Below are positions 35,001-43,274 of a DNA stretch of 43,274 nt, piece after piece. The position numbers and the translations under genes were made by a program. Each line of letters opens with the position of its first letter. Position 1 is the stretch's first letter. Under the pieces are notes generated by a model. It did no database searches and was not told where the DNA came from. It was given only the letters and a program-made list of their open reading frames with translations. The DNA comes from Nemertoderma westbladi. Lineage: Eukaryota; Animalia; Xenacoelomorpha. The stretch spans positions 1 through 43,274 of the forward strand of contig JAUCBJ010004040.1 in the NCBI GenBank assembly GCA_032718475.1, read 5' to 3'.

Positions 35001-37551
35001 GGTCGTCCTAAAATTGTCTACTTTAAATAAACTACTTACACCATGGTTTCATCTAGAGGTTGACAATATTGTGAAACTCCTCATATGACTCGTTTTGGGG
35101 CCTTCGCGCAGAAAGATGTCTGTGATCTTTTTATCATAGAGTTTTCGTTCGGGTGCAAATAGTCAAAAGTGAGGAAAAAATTATAGTTTGGAATTCACGG
35201 TCCTTTGGTCAGAAGTTACATAAAATATCTTATATTATGATTTTGGGTTCTATCTATCTATAATTAAAATAATAAACCATTTAGGGATCACGAACTATCA
35301 GAAATCTATCACAAGGACCTGATGCAGGGAACCATATTGTTCAAGATGGCTGTGGATACAGCTGGGCAAATCCCGCGGCTTCCTGATTGGTCCCGTGGAT
35401 ACAGCTGGGAAAATCCCGCAGCTTCCTGATTGGTACTGTGGATACAGCTGGGAAAATCCCGCAGCTTCCTGCTTGGTCCTGTGGATACAGCTGCGCGCAA
35501 ATCCCGCAGCTTCCTGCTTGGTCCTGTGGATACAGCTGGGCAAATCCCGCAGCTTCCTGATTGGTCCTGTGGATACAGCTGGGCAAATCCCGCAGCTTCC
35601 TGATTGGTCCTGTGGATACAGCTGGGAAAATCCCACAGCTTCCTGATTGGTCCTGTGGATACAGCTGGGCAAATCCCGCAGCTTCCTGCTTGGTCGTGTG
35701 GATACAACTGGGCAAATCCCGCGGCTTCCTGATTGGTCCTGTGGATACGGCTGGGCAAATCCCGCAGCTTCCTGATTGGTCCTGTGGATACAGCTGGGCA
35801 AATCCCACAGCTTCCTGCGTGGTCCTGTCGATACAGCTGGGCAAATCCCGCGGCTTCCAGATTGGTCGTCCTGTGGATACAGCTGGGCAAATCCCGCAGC
35901 TTCCTGATTGGTACTGTGGATACAGCTGGGCAAATCCCGCAGCTTCCTGAGTGGTCCTGTGGATACAGCTGGGCAAATCCCGCGGCTTCCTAATTGGTCC
36001 TGTGGATACAACTGGGCAAATCCCGCGGCTTCCTGATTGATAATTTCGCCAACCATAATATTAATATAATAATAGGCCTACAACTAGTTTTTGTAAATAA
36101 CATCTGGAAGTTAATTAAAGTAAACAGTTCATTTTTTCTCCAGCCATTAGGATTTTGCAGTCTGACGACATATTTCCAGTGCGGTCCCCCAGTCAGTACT
36201 ATAAGGTACTACTCCAGAGGAAACTCCATCATCATTTAGCTACCGAGAGAGAGAGAGAGATGCGTCCTGGCTAGTCCCTTTCAAGTATTTGTGCGGAAAC
36301 AAAAACTGCCCTAGCCCTCATGCGGGGATCGAACCCACGAACTCCGAGAGATGTGAATCCAATGTATCCACTACACCAATGAGGAGTTCCAATATTTATT
36401 ACGGAAAGTAAATATATATTCTTCGATAGAATTTGTCCGATACGAGCAAAATGGTCATTCACTTCGCAAGCTTTATCAAAAAACGCATGAATTCCATTAC
36501 AATTCATTATTATTTAAAAAGAAAACAAAAACTTACTAATAAAGTCGGCAGGGTTGTAATTGGGTTTACAAGGAACACCAACATCTTTAAAGAAGTCAAT
36601 AATTTCTGTACCGGGACCATAGTAAGCCACTTGTCCATTGCTAAGCAACAACAGTTTATCGAACATCTGTAATGTATTAAAACACAGTATAATAAGTACA
36701 ACAATGTCCAATATAAAAGGTCGCTGTCAGACTGGTGACTCAGAAGACCATACGTTTGAAAACGAATTTATTGATTTAGTTTAAACAGTGCTTGAGTAAA
36801 TTTGAAGTGAAAAATATAGACGCAAAGTAATTAAAGATTATGCTTCTATTGTCTTGACTGTCAGAAGGTTGATACACTACACAACCGCACGGGATATAAA
36901 GTAGAAAACTATTTTTGACTGGAAGGTTGATGGAAAACGGTACCGGTAATACACGATTGTAAGGATGCTGGATACAGGATATTAGTTAACTCACCAGAAA
37001 CTAAAAATAATTATTAATTTAGCAATTAGTATACAACATCAAATATTTTAGTAGAAAATTAATGGGTAAAGAAGGGTTACATAGAAAAACTACCAACCTC
37101 GAATATTTGACTTGAAGGCTGATGGATACTGGTTATAACAGTTTTTCCCGATTCGCGTGTGAACCGCTTAAGGGTGGTCATAAGTTGGAGGGCAGTGGAT
37201 GAGTCTAAACCAGTAGTTGGTTCCTGTTGGTCAAGATGAAAACAAATATGTGTTGTAAAATAGGGGGGTGGCTGGTGGTTAGAAACTTTATGATAAGAAA
37301 GAATCATTATGATATAACTATATTAATAAGTAATTAAGGTGCACCAAAAATAACACTTTACAGTAAGTGAAACGCCCTGTAATACTGTATGCTAGAGGCA
37401 ATACTTCCAAAGAACTGGACATTCATTAACATAATGTCAAAAGCACTCACATCGAGAAGCAGCAAGGAAGGGTCGGTTAATAACTCGCTGGCTATATTAG
37501 TTCTTTTCTTTTCGCCTCCGGAAAGTCCCCTAACCATGAAATCACCGATAA
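25921..37551 (-). CDS. ABCG: ABCG-family (white-type) half ABC transporter, ten 3' exons; 5' exons including Walker A lie beyond the window
   Basis: Exons 37451-37551, 37098-37223, 36537-36666, 34711-34859, 34066-34188, 33151-33289, 32772-33004, 31351-31559, 26528-26710, 25921-26020. All are GT-AG and phase-compatible. Signature [10 protein letters not shown], Walker B LLLLD-EPTTGLD, H-loop SIHQPSS, NPADF and ABC2 membrane motif [17 protein letters not shown]. Confidence 0.95.
26528..26710 (-). CDS. ABCG: ABCG exon (extracellular loop and last TM helix)
   Basis: TTTTATTTAG|A ... [27 protein letters not shown]|GTGAGT. Confidence 0.9.
27458..27626. repeat. MITE fragment with tandem TCTCAGCCTAGGCTGAGA palindromes (family of 7692-7786)
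   Basis: Repeated ggagtgttctcagcctaggctgagacgact units and the terminus acaccgg. Confidence 0.75.
27640..28115 (+). pseudogene. Degenerate CR1/L2-like LINE RT fragments in an ABCG intron
   Basis: [16 protein letters not shown] (~27692), [43 protein letters not shown]; broken by indels. Confidence 0.8.
28241..31266. repeat. 21-bp tandem repeat (AATAATAGGAACAAAGTTCGC), about 140 copies, with higher-order structure, intronic
   Basis: Directly visible; lies between ABCG exons 31351-31559 and 26528-26710. Confidence 0.99.
31351..31559 (-). CDS. ABCG: ABCG exon (AIGIVISAS...[36 protein letters not shown])
   Basis: TTTTCAACAG|GCA ... ATC AG|GTCGGT (phase 2). Confidence 0.93.
31760..32020 (-). pseudogene. 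Short RTE-like LINE 3' fragment, intronic
   Basis: [16 protein letters not shown] resembles WALTAEGTKSLDGTFTRMLRRVH at 14153-14602. Confidence 0.75.
32150..32286. repeat. Degenerate ~19-21 bp tandem repeat (GGCACTATAGGCACAACAG-like)
   Basis: About 7 diverged copies of actataggc.caac.gg. Confidence 0.6.
32772..33004 (-). CDS. ABCG: ABCG exon ([26 protein letters not shown]...ALTFQ)
   Basis: CCCTAG|TT ... CAG|GTAATA. Confidence 0.95.
33151..33289 (-). CDS. ABCG: ABCG exon ([46 protein letters not shown])
   Basis: TTTATTTTAG|GTC ... T|GTGAGT. Confidence 0.93.
33434..33916. mobile_element. MITE with ~155-bp TIRs, intronic
   Basis: 33434-~33591 is the reverse complement of ~33720-33916 (cattggctaacactctcccatagccaaaaggtgtgtcggttcagcc vs ggctgaaccgacacaccttttggctatgggagagtgttagccaatg); ends TACGGG...CCCGTA. 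Confidence 0.9.
34066..34188 (-). CDS. ABCG: ABCG exon ([41 protein letters not shown])
   Basis: TTCTTTGCAG|GAG ... TAT|GTGAGT. Confidence 0.92.
34711..34859 (-). CDS. ABCG: ABCG linker exon ([17 protein letters not shown]...PAEET)
   Basis: TTTATTTATAG|TG in phase 1; donor ACC|GTTAGT is the best phase-0 candidate, but alternatives exist. Confidence 0.8.
35350..36039. repeat. 43-bp tandem repeat, about 16 copies, intronic
   Basis: Unit TGTGGATACAGCTGGGCAAATCCCGCAGCTTCCTGATTGGTCC. Confidence 0.98.
36311..36388 (-). repeat. tRNA-derived SINE head, intronic
   Basis: A box TGGTGTAGTGG and B box GGTTCGATCC at tRNA-like spacing; cloverleaf incomplete. Confidence 0.6.
36537..36666 (-). CDS. ABCG: ABCG exon ([17 protein letters not shown]...NYNPADFI)
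   Basis: TTACAG|ATG ... A|GTAAGT. Confidence 0.95.
37098..37223 (-). CDS. ABCG: ABCG exon ([11 protein letters not shown]...[11 protein letters not shown])
   Basis: CAACAG|GAA ... GAG|GTTGGT. Confidence 0.95.
37451..37551 (-). CDS. ABCG: ABCG exon ([33 protein letters not shown])
   Basis: TTTTCTGCAG|TT (phase 1) ... GAT|GTGAGT. Confidence 0.95.
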
Positions 37552-37691
37552 CTGCAGAAAATAAGGTAAAAAACAATCACACTTCTAGGGCAAATCAACC
37601 CAGTAAACCGATACAGAGGTAACCAATTTGAAAAGTGAATCAAGGTCGAATCACAGTCTTCATTGCATCCAATATAATAAACCAGCTGATA

Positions 37692-40600
37692 ATCCAAGCT
37701 ATCGATGATACAGTACAGAGGCCCAGATCCAAGCTATCGATGATACAGTACAGAGGCCCAGATCCAAGCTATTGATGATACAGTTAACAACTTACTTGTG
37801 TTTCTACAGAGACCCAGATCCAAGCTATCGATGATACAGTTAACAACTTACTTGTGTTCCTACAGAGACCCAGATCCAAGCTATCGATGATACAGTTAAC
37901 AACTTACTTGTGTTTCTACAGAGACCCAGACCCAAGCTATCGATGATACAGTTAACAACTTACTTGTGTTTCTACAGAGGCCCAGATCCAAGCTATCGAT
38001 GATACAGTTAACAACTTACTTGTGTTTCTACAGAGACCCAGACCTAAGCTATCGATGATACAGTTAACAACTTACTTGTGTTTCTACAGAGACCCAGATC
38101 CAAGCTATCGATGATACAGTTAACAACTTACTTGTGTTTCTACAGAGACCCAGATCCAAGCTATCGATGATACAGTTAACAACTTACTTGTGTTTCTACA
38201 GAGACCCAGATCCAAGCTATCGATGATACAGTTAACAACTTACTTGTTTGTTTCTACAGAGACCCAGATCCAAGCTATCGATGATACAGTTAACAACTTA
38301 CTTGTGTTTCTACAGAGACCCAGATCCAAGCTATCGATGATACCGTTAACAACTTACTTGTGTTTACAGAGACCCAGATCCAAGATATCGATGATACAGT
38401 TAACAACTTACTTGTGTTTCTACAGAGACCCAGATCCAAGCTATCGATGATACCGTTAACAACTTACTTATGTTTCTACAGAGACCCAGATCCAAGCTAT
38501 CGATGATACAGTTAACAACTTACTTGTGTTTCTACAGAGACCCAGATCCAAGCTATCGATGATACAGTTAACAACTTACTTGTGTTTCTACAGAGACCCA
38601 GATCCAAGCTATCGATGATACAGTTAACAACTTACTTGTGTTTCTACAGAGACCCAGATCTAAGCTATCGATGATACAGTTAACAACTTACTTGTGTTTC
38701 TACATAGACCCAGATCCAAGCTATCGATGATACAGTACAGAGACCCAGACCCAAGTTATCGATGATACAGTTAACAACTCACTTGTGTTTCTACAGAGAC
38801 CCAGATCCAAGCTATCGATGATACAGTTAACAACTTACTTGTGTTTCTACAGAGACCCAGATCCAAGTTATCGATGATACAGTTAACAACTCACTTGTGT
38901 TTCTACAGAGACCCAGATCCAAGCTATCGATGATACAGTTAACAACTTACTTGTGTTTCTACAGAGACCCAGATCCAAGCTATCGATGATACCGTTAACA
39001 ACTTACTTGTGTTTCTACAGAGGCCCAGATCCAAGTTATCGATGATACAGTTAACAACTTACTTGTGTTTCTACAGAGACCCAGATCCAAGCTATCGATG
39101 ATACAGTTAACAACTTACTTGTGTTTCTACAGAGACCCAGATCCAAGCTATCGATGATACCGTTAACAACTTACTTGTGTTTACAGAGACCCAGATCCAA
39201 GATATCGATGATACAGTTAACAACTTACTTGTGTTTCTACAGAGACCCAAATCCAAGCTATCGATGATACAGTTAACAACTTACTTGTGTTTCTACATAG
39301 ACCCAGATCCAAGCTATCAATGATACAGTTAACAACTTACTTGTGTTTCTACAGAGACCCAGATCCAAGCTATTGATGATACAATTAACAACTTACTTGT
39401 GTTTCTACCGAGACCCAGATCCAAGCTATCGATGATACCGTTAACAACTTACTTGTGTTTCTACAGAGACCCAGATCCAAGTTATCGATGATACAGTTAA
39501 CAACTTACTTGTGTTTCTACAGAGACCCAGATCCAAGCTATTGATGATACAGTTAACAACTTACTTGTGTTTCTACAGAGACCCAGATCCAAGCTATCGA
39601 TGATACCGTTAACAACTTACTTGTGTTTCTACAGAGACCCAGATCCAAGTTATCGATGATACAGTTAACAACTTACATGTGTTTCTACCGAGACCCAGAT
39701 CAAAGCTATCGATGATACAGTTAACAACTTACTTGTGTTTCTACAGAGGCCCAGATCCAAGCTATCGATGATACAGTTAACAACTTACATGTGTTTCTAC
39801 AGAGACACAGATCCAAGCTATCGATGATACAGTTAACAACTTACTTGTGTTTCTACAGAGACCCAGATCCAAGTTATCGATGATACAGTTAACAACTTAC
39901 TTGTGTTTCTACAGAGACCCAGATCCAAGCTATCGATGATACAGTTAACAACTTACTTGTGATTCTACAGAGGCCCAGATCCAAGCTATCGATGATACCA
40001 TTAACAACTTACTTGTGTTTCTACAGAGACCCAGATCCAAGCTATCGATGATACAGTTAACAACTTACTTGTGTTTCTACAGAGACCCAGATCCAAGCTA
40101 TCGATGATACAGTTAACAACTTACTTGTTTGTTTCTACAGAGGCCCAGACCCAAGCTATCGATGATACAGTTAACAACTTACTTGTGTTTCTACAGAGAC
40201 CCAGATCCAAGCTATCGATAATACAGTTAACAACTTACTTGTGTTTCTACAGAGACCCAGATCCAAGCTATCGATGATACAGTTAACAACTTACTTGTGT
40301 TTCTACAGAGACCCAGATCCAAGCTATCGATGATACAGTTAACAACTTACTTGTGTTTCTACAGAGACCCAGATCCAAGCTATCGATGATACAGTTAACA
40401 ACTTACTTGTGTTTCTACAGAGACCCAGATCCCAGCTATCCATGATACAGTTAACAACTTACTTGTGTTTCTACCGAGACCCAGATCCAAGCTATCGATG
40501 ATACAGTTAACAACTTACTTGTGTTTCTACAGAGACCCAGATCCAAGCTATCGATGATACAGTTAACAACTTACTTGTGTTTCTACAGAGACCCAGATCC

Positions 40601-43274
40601 AAGCTATCGATGATACAGTTAACAACTTACTTGTGTTTCTACAGAGGCCCAGATCCAAGCTATCGATGATACAGTTAACAACTTACTTGTGTTTCTACAG
40701 AGACCCAGATCCAAGCTATCGATGAAACAGTTAACAACTTACTTGTGTTTCTACAGAGACCCAGATCCAAGCTATCGATGATACAGTTAACAACTTACTT
40801 GTGTTTCTACCGAGACCCAGATCCAAGCTATCGATGATACAGTTAACAACTTACATGTGTTTCTACAGAGACACAGATCCAAGCTATCGATGATACAGTT
40901 AACAACTTACTTGTGTTTCTACAGAGACCCAAATCCAAGCTATCGATGATACAGTTAACAAATTACTTGTGTTTCTACAGAGACCCAGATCCAAGCTATC
41001 GATGATACAGTTAACAACTTACTTGTGTTTCTACAGAGACCCAGATCCAAGCTATCGATGATACAGTTAACAACTTACATGTGTTTCTACAGAGACACAG
41101 ATCCAAGCTATCGATGATACAGTTAACAACTTACTTGTGTTTCTACAGAGACCCAAATCCAAGCTATCGATGATACAGTTAACAAATTACTTGTGTTTCT
41201 ACAGAGACCCAGACCCAAGCTATCGATGATACAGTTAACAACTTACTTGTGTTTCTACAGAGACCCAGATCCAAGCTATCGATGATACAGTTAACAACTT
41301 ACTTGTGTTTCTACAGAGACCCAGACCCAAGCTATCGATGATACAGTTAACAACTTACTTGTGTTTCTACAGAGACCCAGATCCAAGCTATCGATGATAC
41401 AGTTAACAACTTACTTGTGTTTCTACAGAGACCCAGATCCAAGCTATCGATGATACAGTTAACAACTTACTTGTGTTTCTACAGAGACCAAGATCCAAGC
41501 TATCAATGATACAGTTAACAACTTACTTGTGTTTCTACAGAGACCCAGATCCAAGCTATTGATGATACAGTTAACAACTTACTTGTGTTTCTACAGAGAC
41601 CCAGATCCAAGTTATCGATGATACAGTTAACAACTTACTTGTGTTTCTACAGAGACCCAAATCCAAGCTATCGATGATACAGTTAACAACTTACTTGTGT
41701 TTCTACAGAGACCCAAATCCAAGCTATCGATGATACAGTTAACAACTTACTTATGTTTCTACAGAGACCCAGATCCAAGCTATCGATGATACAGTACAGA
41801 GGCCCAGATCCAAGCTATCGATGATACAGTTAACAACTTAATTGTGTTTCTATAGAGACCCAGATCCAAGCTATCGATGATACAGTTAACAACTTACTTG
41901 TGTTTCTACAGAGACCCAGATCCAAGCTATCGATGATACAGTTAACAACTTACTTGTGTTTCTACAGAGACCCAGATCCAAGCTATCGATGATACAGTAC
42001 AGAGACCCAGATCCAAGCTATCGATGATACCGTTAACAACTTACTTGTGTTTCTAAAGAGACCCAGATCCAAGCTATCGATGATACAGTTAACAACTTAC
42101 TTGTGTTTCTACAGAGACCCAGATCCAAGCTATTGATGATACAGTTAACAACTTACTTGTGTTTCTACAGAGACCCAGATCCAAGCTATCGATGATACAG
42201 TTAACAACTTACTTGTGTTTCTACAGAGGCCCAGATCCAAGCTATCGATGATACCGTTAACAACTTACTTATGTTTCTACAGAGGCCCAGATCCAAGCTA
42301 TCGATAATACAGTTAACAACTTACTTGTGTTTCTACAGAGACCAAGATCCAAGCTATCGATGATACAGTTAACAACTTACTTGTGTTTCTACAGAGACCC
42401 AGATCCAAGCTATCGATGATACAGTTAACAACTTACTTGTGTTTCTACAGAGACCCAGATCCAAGCTATCGATGATACAGTTAACAACTTACTTGTGTTT
42501 CTACAGAGACCCAGATCCAAGCTATCGATGATACAGTTAACAACTTACTTGTGTTTCTACAGAGACCCAGATCCAAGCTATATTGATGATACAGTTAACA
42601 ACTTACTTGTGTTTCTACAGAGACCCAGATCCAAGCTATTGATGATACAGTTAACAACTTACTTGTGTTTCTACAGAGACCCAGATCCAAGCTATCGATG
42701 ATACAGTTAACAACTTACTTGTGTTTCTAAAGAGACCCAGATCCAAGCTATCGATGATACAGTTAACAACTTACTTGTGTTTCTACAGAGACCCAGATCC
42801 AAGCTATTGATGATACAGTTAACAACTTACTTGTGTTTCTACAGAGACCCAAATCCAAGCTATCGATGATACAGTTAACAACTTACTTGTGTTTCTAAAG
42901 AGACCCAGATCCAAGCTATCGATGATACAGTTAACAACTTACTTGTGTTTCTACAGAGACCCAGATCCAAGCTATTGATGATACAGTTAACAACTTACTT
43001 GTGTTTCTACAGAGACCCAGATCCAAGCTATCGATGATACAGTTAACAACTTACTTGTGTTTCTACAGAGACCCAGATCCAAGCTATCGATGATACAGTT
43101 AACAACTTACTTGTGTTTCTACAGAGACCCAGATCCAAGCTATCGATGATACAGTTAACAACTTACTTGTGTTTCTACAGAGACCCAGATCCAAGCTATC
43201 GATGATACAGTTAACAACTTACTTGTGTTTGTTTCTACAGAGACCCAGATCCAAGCTATCGATGATACCGTTAA
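37692..43274 (-). repeat. 56-bp tandem repeat, about 100 copies, apparently derived from the ABCG exon end plus 5' splice site; runs off the window
   Basis: Minus-strand unit ATCATCGATAGCTTGGATCTGGGTCTCTGTAGAAACACAA|GTAAGTTGTTAACTGT = IIDSLDLGLCRNT + A, donor, and intron start. Confidence 0.95.

Noticed and set aside
35298-36056. Overlapping 193-252 aa ORFs
   Set aside because: Translations of the 43-bp repeat; the ABCG frame is complete without them.
25921-37551. Non-standard genetic code or non-canonical splice sites
   Set aside because: All reconstructed introns are GT-AG and the exons translate without internal stops in the standard code.
38190-42701. Plus-strand ORFs within the 56-bp array
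   Set aside because: They arise from small indels in repeat units; the meaningful reading is on the minus strand.

Overview
Repeat-rich, AT-rich eukaryotic DNA with spliceosomal GT-AG introns, most likely from an invertebrate animal. Genes and elements from left to right: an apparently intact BEL/Pao LTR-retrotransposon polyprotein running off the left edge (minus strand); a non-autonomous hAT element with an 8-bp TSD; a small two-exon gene for a Lys/Arg/Ser-rich protein; foldback and Helentron-like non-autonomous elements; a decayed RTE-like LINE; an SLC18B1-like MFS transporter split by a TIR-bounded insertion; and ten 3' exons of an ABCG (white-type) half-transporter (minus strand). Five unrelated tandem arrays (20, 55, 21, 43 and 56 bp units) fill about 13 kb. 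Main observation: the 56-bp array (37692 to window end, about 100 copies) appears to be an amplified copy of the ABCG gene's own exon/intron junction. Each unit on the minus strand reads IIDSLDLGLCRNT-A|GTAAGT and joins in phase to the next exon, so the intron starts with about 100 intact 5' splice sites.
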